Source: Acidobacteriota bacterium
GTDB lineage: Bacteria > Acidobacteriota > UBA4820 > DSQY01
Length of the DNA stretch: 64,000 bases
Reading direction: 5' to 3'
Assembly: GCA_049967655.1 (NCBI GenBank)
Contig: JBMFSH010000014.1
Span: 1-64,000, forward strand
This document shows positions 19,598-30,814 of this stretch, one piece after another; the stretch's first letter is position 1; the number at the start of each line of letters is the position of its first letter. The notes beneath the pieces were generated by a model that was not told where the DNA came from, ran no database searches, and saw only the letters and a program-made list of their open reading frames with translations. The position numbers and the translations under genes were made by a program.

Positions 19598-20049
19598 GCT
19601 CCCTTCGGGAATTTGTGCGTCTCTAAAGGGTGGGGCAGGCCGTCCAAGCGCCTGCGGCGCTTGGCTCCGGGCGAGGGGCGGCGGTCCGAAAGGTGCCCGC
19701 TTTTGCAGTCATCCTGAGCGGTGCATCAACGGGCTCACCAGGAGGGATCGCAGCCGTGCTTCCCCGCACCTTTCTGCCCGTCGCCCCTTCGCCCAGCCGC
19801 CCTTCGGGCTGGCCGGCCTGCCCGTGCAGGGTCGCGCCCTCCTCCCCCCTCCGTGCGTGCGCCGGCGGCGACGGACCATCTGCTGCGTCACTGCTCGCCG
19901 GTTCGCATCCTCAACGTACGTAAGTACGCCTCCGGTGCGACCGGCTCGCGTTCCTTGCATCTGGCCCATCGGCGCCGGGACGCGCCTTCCTCCGCTTCGC
20001 TCCGGAAGGCGGCCATTCTTTCGTGGTTGCACAAATTCTTGGGAGGAGC
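19598..20049. mobile_element. Putative MITE-like/structured non-coding element
   Basis: Imperfect 21-bp terminal inverted repeats (19598-19618 and 20029-20049, 16/21), several internal hairpins, no credible ORF. Confidence 0.55.
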
Positions 20050-20071
20050 CCTAACTTGCTACCGGTTCCTC

Positions 20072-20100
20072 AAAAGAAAGGGCGGCCCGAAGGCCGCCCT
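20072..20100 (-). terminator. Rho-independent terminator of groESL
   Basis: 9-bp GC stem with TTCG loop followed by TTCTTTT on the minus strand. Confidence 0.85.
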
Positions 20101-20136
20101 CGTAAGTTCAGATGGTGCCGAGGCTGCGAGGAGTCT

Positions 20137-20190
20137 TTTACTTTTTACTTTTCACTTTTTACTTCTCACTCCTCACTCCTCACTTTTCAC

Positions 20191-20192
<2 letters not shown>
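20137..20192. repeat. Tandem heptamer array, 8 units (TTTACTT/CTCACTC-like)
   Basis: Read directly; abuts the groEL stop. Confidence 0.85.
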
Positions 20193-21813
<1,621 letters not shown>

Positions 21814-21834
21814 GGGTAGCCTCTCCTTGCCTTC

Positions 21835-22122
21835 TTATTCAACGATGCCGAGGATTTCGTCCTCGCGCACGATGATGTGTTCCACGTCGTCGATCTTGAT
21901 TTCCGTTCCCGCGTACTTGCCCACCAGGACCTTCTGACCCGGCTTCACGGACATGGCCACCCGCTTGCCGTCATCGTCCAGCTTGCCCGGCCCCACGGCG
22001 ATGACCTCGCCCTCCATGGGCTTTTCCTTGGCCGTGTCGGGGATGATGATCCCGCCCCGGACCTGCTCTTTGGCCTCAAGCCGCTTGATCAGCACACGGT
22101 CGTTGAGTGGTTTTACCTGCAT
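21835..22122 (-). CDS. groS: Co-chaperonin GroES
   Basis: [20 protein letters not shown]. Confidence 0.99.
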   Translation of the reverse strand: MQVKPLNDRVLIKRLEAKEQVRGGIIIPDTAKEKPMEGEVIAVGPGKLDDDGKRVAMSVKPGQKVLVGKYAGTEIKIDDVEHIIVREDEILGIVE

Positions 22123-22156
22123 CAGACACCTCCTCGAGGTTGACCCTCTGTCACGT

Positions 22157-22183
22157 TTAGCAAACGTACCATCAGATTGCTAA
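22157..22183 (-). promoter_or_regulatory. CIRCE (HrcA operator), degenerate
   Basis: TTAGCAATC-N9-GTTTGCTAA on the minus strand versus consensus TTAGCACTC-N9-GAGTGCTAA, upstream of groES. Confidence 0.85.
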
Positions 22184-22211
22184 TTATAAAATCTGCTTGC
22201 GGCCTTGTCAA
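22183..22211 (-). promoter_or_regulatory. Sigma70-type promoter of groESL
   Basis: Perfect TTGACA-17 bp-TATAAT on the minus strand. Confidence 0.9.
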
Positions 22212-22323
22212 GTATCCTGAGTACAATTGTTGTGGGACGAGCTCTTCTTTGAATAAGAAGCCCCTCTCTCCTCTTGCGGCCACCGAGGGGGGCGGTTATA
22301 GTCGGGAGGGAGGCCGGTCGCCG

Positions 22324-23172
22324 ATGGAGACGCTGAAGCTCGCCCTAGTCCAAATGGCCCCCGCCCTGGGTCTGTTGGAGCGAAACCTGGAGGCCCACCT
22401 CGCATGGCTGGCCACCCCGGAGGCACGCTCCGCCGATCTGGTGGTCTTTCCCGAGCTCTCCCTCACCGGGTATCTGCTTCAGGACCTGGTGGCGGAGGTG
22501 GCCAGGCCCGTCCAGGAGGAGGGGCTCCTGGCTCCCCTGCTGGCCGCGAGCCGCGAGCGCGACATCGTGGTGGGGATGGTCGAACAGAGCCCGGAATTCC
22601 TCTTCCATAACGCCGCGCTCTACCTCTCGGGGGGGCGCATCCACCACGTCCACCGCAAGGTCTACCTGCCCACCTACGGCATGTTCGACGAGGGGCGCTA
22701 CTTCGCGGCCGGAGGGCGCTTCGCGGCCGTCGAGACGCGGCTGGGCAGGCTGGGCCTGCTCATCTGCGAGGACGCCTGGCACCTCTCCTCCTCCTACCTG
22801 CTGGCCCTCCAGGGAGCTCACACCCTTCTGATCCTGTCGGGCAGCCCCGGCCGCGGCCTGACGGGCGGAGGGCCGGCGGCCTCGGTGCAGACCTGGGAGC
22901 GCGTTGGGCAGGTGCTCAGCCAGTTCCTCACGGTCCACTGGGCCTACGTGAACCGGGTGGGGTACGAGGACGGGCTGGCCTTCGCGGGCGGTTCCTACGT
23001 CTCCGACCCCTTTGGCAACCTCCTCCTGGACGGCGGCGAGAATGTGGAGGCTATCTACCGGGCCGACCTGCCTCTCTCGGCCCTGAGGCGCGCCCGAACG
23101 CTCACGCCCCTTCTGCGCGACGAGAGGCCTGAGCTTGTGCTGCGCCACCTGGAGGGGATCGTGAGGCGATGA
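22324..23172 (+). CDS. Nitrilase-fold carbon-nitrogen hydrolase (probable glutaminase partner of NadE)
   Basis: FPEL, HRKVYLPTYGMFDEGRYF, ICED; overlaps the nadE start. Confidence 0.88.
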   Translation: METLKLALVQMAPALGLLERNLEAHLAWLATPEARSADLVVFPELSLTGYLLQDLVAEVARPVQEEGLLAPLLAASRERDIVVGMVEQSPEFLFHNAALYLSGGRIHHVHRKVYLPTYGMFDEGRYFAAGGRFAAVETRLGRLGLLICEDAWHLSSSYLLALQGAHTLLILSGSPGRGLTGGGPAASVQTWERVGQVLSQFLTVHWAYVNRVGYEDGLAFAGGSYVSDPFGNLLLDGGENVEAIYRADLPLSALRRARTLTPLLRDERPELVLRHLEGIVRR

Positions 23173-23999
23173 CTCAGCCCATTCCGCCCCCCGTAAACCC
23201 GGAGCTCGCCCTCGCCATGATCGACCGCTTCCTCCAGGAGGAGCTGGGCAAGACGGGCCTTGAGGGCTTCGTGATCGGTCTGTCGGGCGGCGTGGATTCG
23301 GCCCTGGCCTGCGCCCTCGCGGTGCACGCCGTGGGGCCGGACCGGGTCCTCGCCGTGAAGATGCCCTACCGGACCAGTGCGCCCCAGTCGGAGGCCGACG
23401 CCGATCTCGTCATCGGGCAGCTCGGCATCCGCTCCGAGCGCGTGGATATCTCCCCTATGGTGGACGCTTATTTCGAGGCGGATCGGCAGGCCTCCACGCT
23501 TCGACGGGGCAACTACATGGTGCGGACCCGCATGGCCGTCCTCTTCGACCGCTCCTCCCGGGACCGCTCCCTCGTCCTGGGCACGAGCAACAAGACCGAG
23601 CTGCTCCTGGGGTACGGCACCTGGTACGGCGACATGGCCTCCTCCCTGAACCCCATCGGCGACCTGTACAAGAGCCAGGTGTGGCAACTCGCCCGCCACC
23701 TGGCTCTTCCCGAGTCGGTGGTGGCCAAGCCTCCCTCGGCCGACCTCTGGCCTGGCCAGACCGATGAAGGCGAGATGGGGCTCACCTACGCCGAGGCCGA
23801 CGCCATCCTCTATCTCCTCGTGGATGAACGGTGCACCGCCCAGGAGGTGGCTGAGCGAGGGCATCCCCAGGCCCTGGTGGCCAAGATCCTGAGCATGGTG
23901 CAACGGAGCCAGTTCAAGCGCCGCCTGCCCATCATCGCCAAGCTCTCGCAGCGGACGGTCGGCATCGACTTCCGCTACCCGAGGGACTGGGGAAGGTAA
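23169..23999 (+). CDS. nadE: NAD+ synthetase
   Basis: GLSGGVDS, GTSNKTE, DLYKSQV, KPPSADL. Confidence 0.95.
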   Translation: MTQPIPPPVNPELALAMIDRFLQEELGKTGLEGFVIGLSGGVDSALACALAVHAVGPDRVLAVKMPYRTSAPQSEADADLVIGQLGIRSERVDISPMVDAYFEADRQASTLRRGNYMVRTRMAVLFDRSSRDRSLVLGTSNKTELLLGYGTWYGDMASSLNPIGDLYKSQVWQLARHLALPESVVAKPPSADLWPGQTDEGEMGLTYAEADAILYLLVDERCTAQEVAERGHPQALVAKILSMVQRSQFKRRLPIIAKLSQRTVGIDFRYPRDWGR

Positions 24000-24005
24000 G
24001 GGCTC

Positions 24006-24155
24006 ACCACAGAGGCACAGAATAAGGATAGGACATCCTTTGTTCCCAGGGCTTGCCGGCGCGAATCATCGCAGCAGAGAAACAAAGTCCGAATCCCCGC
24101 GCCGAGCGGGCTTGCTTTGAACCAGCGCTTCTCGGTGTCTCTGTGCCTCTGTGGT
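24006..24155. repeat. ACCACAGAGGCACAGA...TCTGTGCCTCTGTGGT inverted-repeat element, copy 1
   Basis: Terminal inverted repeats; fills the gap between convergent stop codons. Confidence 0.85.
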
Positions 24156-25279
24156 CAACAAAGCTCGTCGATCATGCGGGCGACGTGAGGGCCGATGGCG
24201 GGGGAGGCGGTAAGGCCGGGCGATTCGATCCCGATCAGGTCGATGAGACCGGGCAGGCCGCGGTCCGACTCCTCGCGGATGACGAAATCCCGCGCCGGTT
24301 CACCGGGTCCGTACCGCTTGGCCTGGATGCCGGCCATGTCGGGCTGGAGATCCTCGGCCTCCAGGAAGGGGAGCCAGGGGCGGCAGGACTCCAGAAAAAC
24401 GTCCAGCAGGGAGGCGTCCACCCCGTACTCGATGGTCGGCGACCAGACGTCGTAGGGGCCCAGCCGCATGCCCCCCGCCAGGTCCGGGACGGTATGGATG
24501 CCGACGGTGGAGCGGTCTGGAGGGAAAGGGTATACGAGCATCCGGGGGTACATGGCGAGCTTCCGGTGGGCGCGGAAGTACATCCCTTTGCGGTAATGGA
24601 TGCGGTAGAGGGCCTCGTCCTGGTCGATGCCGCACAGGGCGGCCACGCGGCCCGACTCCAGGCCCGCGCAGTTAACGAGGAGGCGGGTCCAGAATTCGTA
24701 AGGTTCTCCCGAGGCCTCCACCACCCGGACCACGAAGCCCCCGTCGCGGCGATCGATGGCTTCGGCCTCCACTCCGTAGGCAAACACGGCCCCTTTCGAA
24801 CGGGCCGCCGTCTCGAAGTGCTTCATGAGGGCGTGCGAATCCACCACGCCCGAGCTGGGGCAGTGGAGGGCGGCGAGCGCCTCCACGCGGGGCTCCAGGC
24901 GGCGGATCTCCTCCCTCTCGACGAGGCGAACCCCCCGTGCTCCGTTTTCCTTGGCCGTGGCGAGCAGGTCCGGCAGCCCGGCCGCCTGCTCCTCGGTCCA
25001 GGCCACCACGAGCTTGCCCGTGTTGGCGTGAGGGATGCCGTGCTCGGCGCAGAGGCGGTACATCCGCTCGTTCCCCTCGAGGCAGAGGCGCCCCTTCAGG
25101 GAGTCCGGGGGGTAGTAGATGCTGGCGTGGATGACCTCGCTGTTGCGGCTCGAGCTCTCCCGGCCGAAGGACTCGTGGCGTTCGACGACCAGGAGGGATC
25201 GCCCCTCCCCGGCCGCGCTCGCTGCCACGGAGAGGCCCACCACACCGGCGCCGATGACCACCACGTCGACCCTGTCCAT
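24155..25279 (-). CDS. FAD-dependent oxidoreductase, L-2-hydroxyglutarate oxidase-like
   Basis: VIGAGVVG, SSRNSEVIH, GIESPGLTASPAI. Confidence 0.88.
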   Translation of the reverse strand: MDRVDVVVIGAGVVGLSVAASAAGEGRSLLVVERHESFGRESSSRNSEVIHASIYYPPDSLKGRLCLEGNERMYRLCAEHGIPHANTGKLVVAWTEEQAAGLPDLLATAKENGARGVRLVEREEIRRLEPRVEALAALHCPSSGVVDSHALMKHFETAARSKGAVFAYGVEAEAIDRRDGGFVVRVVEASGEPYEFWTRLLVNCAGLESGRVAALCGIDQDEALYRIHYRKGMYFRAHRKLAMYPRMLVYPFPPDRSTVGIHTVPDLAGGMRLGPYDVWSPTIEYGVDASLLDVFLESCRPWLPFLEAEDLQPDMAGIQAKRYGPGEPARDFVIREESDRGLPGLIDLIGIESPGLTASPAIGPHVARMIDELC

Positions 25280-25327
25280 CTCCTCCGGTCTCCTGCCCTG
25301 AACGCGGGCCGTCAGGCGGGGGCGGCG

Positions 25328-26200
25328 TCAGCGCCTGCGCTTCGCGGGAGCGGGCGTGTGCCGAGAGTTCCACCAGCCCGTGATCATCACGATCAAGCCG
25401 GCACCCGCCATGAGGAAGCAGAGGATCTGGCCCATGGAGAAGGGCCCCAGCACGAAGCCGAGCTGCGGGTCCGGTTCGCGGGTGAATTCCACGAGAAAGC
25501 GAACGACGCCGTAGCCCACGAGGTAGAGCCCCAGGAGGAACCCCCGGTAGGGTTTGAAGTTGCGCATGGGCCAGAGGATGGCGAAGAGCAGAAGCCCCTC
25601 CCCCGCCGCCTCAAAGAGCTCAGAGGGGAATCGGAGCCCCGGCCCCGGCGCGGTCGGATAATACATGCCGATGGCCGAGGTCGTGACCCGGCCGTAGAGT
25701 TCGCCGTTGAAGAAGTTTCCCAGCCGGCCGAAGGTGTAGCCGAGGGGCACGGCCGGTACCAGGTTGTCGCCCAGTTCCGAGAGGGACCATCCCCGCTTCC
25801 GGCACATCACCAGGAAGACGAGCACGACGCCGATGAGCGCGCCGTGGTAGGACATCCCCGTGAAGCCCGTGTAGTGAAAACCGCCCTGCCAGCTGAAGGG
25901 GAGGATCGCCTCGGCGGGATGGTGCACGTAGTACATGGGGTCGTAGACGAAGACGTAGCCCAGTCTCCCCCCCAGGATGATCCCTACGATGGAGGAGAGG
26001 ATCAGGTCGAAGAGGCTCGTGGGATCAGGGGGAATCCTGACCTCTCCGCGACGGATCCTCCAGGCCGTCAGGAGGTAGACCACCGCGAGCGCCACCATGT
26101 ACATGAGGCTGTACCAGCGGATGGGGATGGGACCGATGGAGAAGATGTCGGGATGAACGTGGGAGGGAAGGTGCTGCCACAGGTCGAGGATGGGGTGCAT
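25328..26200 (-). CDS. lgt: Prolipoprotein diacylglyceryl transferase
   Basis: GGRLGYV, GMSYHG, GRLGNFFNGELYGR, RFLVEFTREPD. Confidence 0.96.
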   Translation of the reverse strand: MHPILDLWQHLPSHVHPDIFSIGPIPIRWYSLMYMVALAVVYLLTAWRIRRGEVRIPPDPTSLFDLILSSIVGIILGGRLGYVFVYDPMYYVHHPAEAILPFSWQGGFHYTGFTGMSYHGALIGVVLVFLVMCRKRGWSLSELGDNLVPAVPLGYTFGRLGNFFNGELYGRVTTSAIGMYYPTAPGPGLRFPSELFEAAGEGLLLFAILWPMRNFKPYRGFLLGLYLVGYGVVRFLVEFTREPDPQLGFVLGPFSMGQILCFLMAGAGLIVMITGWWNSRHTPAPAKRRR

Positions 26201-26280
26201 GACTCCTCCGTGGGGCCGGACGCCGGCTACCCCATTCAACCACCGCATGCCCCCGGACTCAAGCGGCCGTCCGGGATGGG

Positions 26281-26309
26281 TTGCAAATGAGTAAATACAT
26301 ACTTACAAT
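26281..26309 (+). promoter_or_regulatory. Putative sigma70 promoter of fadN-fadA
   Basis: TTGCAA-17 bp-TACAAT. Confidence 0.6.
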
Positions 26310-26486
26310 GGGGGGCAGTGGGTGTCATAGTGGCGTGAATGCTATCGGATCGAGGGCTTGCATTCGCAAAAACATCGTGGGAGACTGCCTGTGTGAATGG
26401 ACACCTACTGATTTGGAGTCGTTTAACCGCGCCCCTCCCGATCGGGAGAAGGGTGCCGCCACGAGGGTCTTTGTAGGAGGGCAATC

Positions 26487-28904
26487 ATGCGAAGCAGGAT
26501 CGAAAAAGTCGCGGTCCTGGGAGCGGGGATCATGGGTTCCGGGATCGCCGCGCACCTGGCCAACGCGGGGATACCGTCCATCATGCTGGACATCGTCCCC
26601 CCAGAACTGACCCCCGAGGACCAGAAGGCTGGCCTCACGAAGGAGGACAAACGGTTCCGCAACAAGTTCGCCCTCAAGGGACTGGAGGCCATCCAGAAGA
26701 GCAAGCCGGCCCTCATCTACGACAAGAAGTTCATGAAGCTCATCGAGGTCGGTAACTTCGAGGACGACCTGGCGCGCTTGGCCGAGTGCAACTGGGTCAT
26801 CGAAGTGGTGGTGGAGCGCCTCGACATCAAGCAGAAGCTCTTCGAGAAGGTGGAGAAGGCCGTCAAGCCCGGCACCATCGTCTCGTCCAACACCTCGGGC
26901 CTTCCCATCAAGGGGATGGTCGAGGGGCGCTCGGCGGCCTTCAAGAAGAACTTCCTGGTGACCCACTTCTTCAACCCCGTGCGCTACATGCACCTGTTGG
27001 AGATCGTGGCGGGCGAAGAGACGGATCCCCAGATCGTGAAGGAGATCGCCAACTTCGGGATCTTCCGCCTGGGCAAGGGGATCGTCTACGGCAAGGACAC
27101 CCCGAACTTCGTGGCCAACCGCGTCGGCGTCTTCGGCATGATGGCCACGCTCCACGCCATGCTGGACATGGGCTACCGCATCGACGAGGTGGATGCCATC
27201 ACCGGCCCGGCCTTGGGGCGGCCCAAGAGCGCCTCCTTCGGTACGGCCGATCTGGTGGGCCTGGACACCTTCATCCACGTGGTCAACACCCTCAAGGAGG
27301 GTTGTCCGGCGGATGAGGCCAAGTGGGCCTTCGAGATCCCCGAGCTGCTCTCCTCCATGGTGGCCAAGGGCGCCTTGGGCCGGAAGAGCGGCGCGGGCTT
27401 CTTCAAGGCCGTGAAAAAGGACATGGGCAAGAGGGACATCCTGGTCTTGGACTACAAGACCGGCCAGTACGTTCCCCAGGAGAAGCCCGACATCCCCTCT
27501 CTCAAGGCGGCCAAAAAGATCCACGATCCCGGCCAGCGCATCAAGGCCGTGGTCAACGCCGAGGACCGCGCGGGCCTCTTCGCCTGGCGCGTGCTCAAGG
27601 ACGTGCTGGCTTACTCGGCCAACCGCCTGGGCGAGATTGCCGACACGATAGTGGACATCGACACGGGCATGAAGTGGGGTTTCAACTGGGAGCTCGGCCC
27701 CTTCGAGACCTGGGATGCCCTGGGCGTGAAGGAGACCGTCCAGAGGATGGAGAAGGACGGAGTGGCCGTGCCCGAGTGGGTGAAGGCCATGCTCAAGGCC
27801 GGCTGCCCCTCCTTCTACCGCGACGGCGCCGATGGGCAGGAGTACTACAGCCCCTCGGCCAAGGGTTACAAGCCGGTTCCCAAGCCCGAGACCTTCCTGA
27901 TCCTGAGGGACATCAAGCGCAAGGTGGCTCCGGTTCTCGAGAACCCGGGCGCCTCCCTGGTGGATCTCGGCGACGGCGTGGCCTGCATCGAGTTCCACTC
28001 GGCCACCCAGCCCACCATGAACCCCATCGACGATCAGATCATCGAGATCATGCTCAAGGGCATCGCGAAGGCCGAGCAGGATTTCCGCGGGCTGGTGATC
28101 CATCACCAGGCGCCGCAGTTCTGCGCCGGCGCCAACATCGCCATGATCCTGGAGGCCTCCAAGGCCCAGAAGTGGGACGACATCTCCAATATGGTCCGCC
28201 AGTTCCAGGCCATGACCACGGGCCTCAGGCGCTGCAAAATCCCCACCGTGACGGCTCCCTTTGGCTTCACCTTCGGCGGCGGGGCCGAGATCACCATGGG
28301 CGGCGACCGGATCTGCGCCCACGCGGAGACCTACATGGGCCTCATCGAGGTGGGCGTGGGGCTGCTACCCGCCGGCGGAGGCCACCTCTTCCTGCTCGAA
28401 AGGATGCTGGAGGGTGTGGACACCCCCATCCTCTCCAACCTGCCCTTCATCCAGAAGGCCTTCGAGAACATCGCCATGGCTAAGGTCTCCACGGGGGCCG
28501 AGGATGCCCGCAACCTCAAGTACCTGCGGCCCTGGGACAAGGTCGAGATCTCGAGGGAGCAGCAGCTCCACACCGCCAAGCAGATGGCCATCGCCATGGA
28601 CGAGGAGGGCTACAGACCCCCGCTGCCCAAGAGCTACAACCTGCCCGGCAAGGACGGCATCGCCACCGTCAAGATGCTCCTGCACAACATGAAGAACACC
28701 CACTGGGTGACGCCGCACGACGTGAAGATCGCCACCCACATCGCCACCATCCTCTGCGGCGGCGACACGACCATCAACAATCCCGTCTCCGAGGAGACCA
28801 TCCTCGACTTGGAGCGCGAGGCCTTCGTGAGCCTGTGCGGCGAGGAGAAGACCCAGGCCCGCATCCAGCACATGCTCGAAAAGGGCAAGCCCCTGCGGAA
28901 CTAG
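26487..28904 (+). CDS. fadN: 3-hydroxyacyl-CoA dehydrogenase/enoyl-CoA hydratase (FadN-type)
   Basis: GAGIMG, SSNTSG, HFFNP, crotonase FCAGAN, C-terminal GKPLRN. Confidence 0.93.
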   Translation: MRSRIEKVAVLGAGIMGSGIAAHLANAGIPSIMLDIVPPELTPEDQKAGLTKEDKRFRNKFALKGLEAIQKSKPALIYDKKFMKLIEVGNFEDDLARLAECNWVIEVVVERLDIKQKLFEKVEKAVKPGTIVSSNTSGLPIKGMVEGRSAAFKKNFLVTHFFNPVRYMHLLEIVAGEETDPQIVKEIANFGIFRLGKGIVYGKDTPNFVANRVGVFGMMATLHAMLDMGYRIDEVDAITGPALGRPKSASFGTADLVGLDTFIHVVNTLKEGCPADEAKWAFEIPELLSSMVAKGALGRKSGAGFFKAVKKDMGKRDILVLDYKTGQYVPQEKPDIPSLKAAKKIHDPGQRIKAVVNAEDRAGLFAWRVLKDVLAYSANRLGEIADTIVDIDTGMKWGFNWELGPFETWDALGVKETVQRMEKDGVAVPEWVKAMLKAGCPSFYRDGADGQEYYSPSAKGYKPVPKPETFLILRDIKRKVAPVLENPGASLVDLGDGVACIEFHSATQPTMNPIDDQIIEIMLKGIAKAEQDFRGLVIHHQAPQFCAGANIAMILEASKAQKWDDISNMVRQFQAMTTGLRRCKIPTVTAPFGFTFGGGAEITMGGDRICAHAETYMGLIEVGVGLLPAGGGHLFLLERMLEGVDTPILSNLPFIQKAFENIAMAKVSTGAEDARNLKYLRPWDKVEISREQQLHTAKQMAIAMDEEGYRPPLPKSYNLPGKDGIATVKMLLHNMKNTHWVTPHDVKIATHIATILCGGDTTINNPVSEETILDLEREAFVSLCGEEKTQARIQHMLEKGKPLRN

Positions 28905-28985
28905 CGGAGCCGGGGAGCTGGAGATCTGGAGAAAGAAGCGCGAAGACAGGCTCTTTCGCCTGTCCAGGCAGTTAGGAGAAATACC

Positions 28986-30158
28986 ATGCGAAATGCCGTG
29001 ATAGTTTCCCTGGCGAGGACGGCCGTCGGGAAGGCCAAGAAGGGAAGCCTCAAGGACACGCGCCCGGAGGAGTTCACCACGTCCGTTCTCAAGGCCCTCG
29101 TGGAGCGGACCAAGGGGCTGGATCCCGAGACCATCGATGACGTAATCCTCGGCTGCGCCATGCCCGAGGGTGAGCAGGGCATGAACATAGCCCGCGTCGT
29201 CTCTCTCATGGCGGGGTTCCCCGACAGCGTACCCGCCATGACCATCAACCGCTTCTGCTCCTCGGGGAGCATGTCCATAGCCATGGCCGCCGACATGATC
29301 AAGGCGGGCAGCCACGAGATCGTCGTCGCCGGTGGCGTGGAGTCCATGAGCATGGTGGCCATGGGTGGCAACAAGATGATCGCCGATCCCCAGGCCATCG
29401 CTTTGAACCCCGACATCTATTCCGCCATGGGCACCACCGCCGAGATCGTGGCCCGGAAATTCGAGATCTCGCGCGAGGAACAGGACCATTTCGCTGTTCA
29501 ATCCCACAAGAAGGCCGCCGCGGCCATTGCGGCCGGAAAGTTCAAGGACGAGATCGTGCCCCTCAAGGTCCGCACCATGGATAATGGAAAATGGAAGGAG
29601 TTCACCTTCGACACGGACGAGGGCCCCCGGGCCGACACCACCGTGGAGGCCCTGGCCAAGCTCAAGCCCGTCTTCGACCCCATCGGCAGCGTGACCGCCG
29701 GGAACTCCTCCCAGATGAACGACGCCGCGGCCGCCGTGGTGGTCATGTCGGAAGAGAAGGCCAAGGAGATGAAGCTCGAGCCCGTCGCCTACGTGCGCGA
29801 GTGGGCCGTGGCCGGCGTGCCTCCCGAGATCATGGGCATCGGCCCCGCGAAGGCCGTTCCCAAGCTCCTGAAGAAGGCCAAGCTCTCTTTCGACGACATC
29901 GACCTCTTCGAGCTGAATGAGGCCTTCGCCAGCCAGTCCGTCTACTGCCTCAAGGTCCTGGGCGCTCTCGGACTGGACCCGGCCAAGGTCAACGTGAACG
30001 GCGGCGCCATCGCTACGGGCCACCCGCTGGGTGCCACCGGTGCCGTTCTCACCTGCAAGATCCTGGGCGAGCTCAAGCGCCGGAACGCCAAGCGCGGCGT
30101 CGTCACCATGTGCATCGGCGGCGGCATGGGCTTTGCGTATTTACTGGAGCGTCCGTAG
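28986..30158 (+). CDS. fadA: Acetyl-CoA C-acyltransferase (thiolase)
   Basis: [27 protein letters not shown]. Confidence 0.95.
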   Translation: MRNAVIVSLARTAVGKAKKGSLKDTRPEEFTTSVLKALVERTKGLDPETIDDVILGCAMPEGEQGMNIARVVSLMAGFPDSVPAMTINRFCSSGSMSIAMAADMIKAGSHEIVVAGGVESMSMVAMGGNKMIADPQAIALNPDIYSAMGTTAEIVARKFEISREEQDHFAVQSHKKAAAAIAAGKFKDEIVPLKVRTMDNGKWKEFTFDTDEGPRADTTVEALAKLKPVFDPIGSVTAGNSSQMNDAAAAVVVMSEEKAKEMKLEPVAYVREWAVAGVPPEIMGIGPAKAVPKLLKKAKLSFDDIDLFELNEAFASQSVYCLKVLGALGLDPAKVNVNGGAIATGHPLGATGAVLTCKILGELKRRNAKRGVVTMCIGGGMGFAYLLERP

Positions 30159-30348
30159 AGAGCCGCCGCCGGGGGAGGGGTGCGGGGAACCGGGAGGTTC
30201 CCCGCCCGAAGGGCTTCCCCCGTGAGGGCAAGGGGTTACAGCCTGCCGAAGGCAGGCGTCCCAGGGGGGCGGCTGAGCCCCCCTGGGAGGAGCGCTGAGC
30301 GCGACGCGGCGGCATGGGCTTTGCCTATATTTTGGCGAGGCCGTAGAG
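30118..30348 (+). repeat. 43-bp direct repeat of the fadA 3' end flanking a palindrome-rich spacer
   Basis: 30118-30160 versus 30306-30348, 36/43 identical. Confidence 0.85.
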
Positions 30349-30436
30349 CCGAGGCTCAGGCTCAAGTCCAAGAGGCATGAGGGGGGAGGGGATTCCTCCT
30401 CGGCCAACATTTAGAGAGAGCCGAGTATCATCCTTC

Positions 30437-30462
30437 GGGGTGGGCGCGAGCCCGCCCCTTTT
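30437..30462 (+). terminator. Putative terminator
   Basis: GGGGTGGGC-GCGA-GCCCGCCCC followed by TTTT. Confidence 0.6.
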
Positions 30463-30515
30463 CCTCTCGTGGGCGTGCCCGTCTGCGGAAGCCTTTCTTT
30501 CACGACGCTCGAGGT

Positions 30516-30770
30516 TCAGGTCTGGTGGCCCAGGAGGACCATGCGCTCTCGGCGGGCCTGGTGCCTCGCAACCTTTAGCGCTTCGAGCCGGGCGGCCAGG
30601 GCGGGGCGCTCGGACTCGGCGACGGTCTGAAGCCTCGCCTTGACCTCGCGCATCTCCCGAAGGAGGGCAACCTCGCGTTCGGTGAGGCCGCCCCTCACGG
30701 CGGTGCAGGCGCTCCAGCCCGCACCCTCGGCGGTCTCCAGGATGGGGAGGCGCCTCTTATCCTCGTTCAT
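30516..30770 (-). CDS. Small hypothetical protein
   Basis: Downstream of nadA on the same strand; amphipathic helical pattern. Confidence 0.55.
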   Translation of the reverse strand: MNEDKRRLPILETAEGAGWSACTAVRGGLTEREVALLREMREVKARLQTVAESERPALAARLEALKVARHQARRERMVLLGHQT

Positions 30771-30814
30771 CCTTCGGACTCCTCAGCGCCAAGCAGCCCC
30801 GGCCGTCGCCGGGG

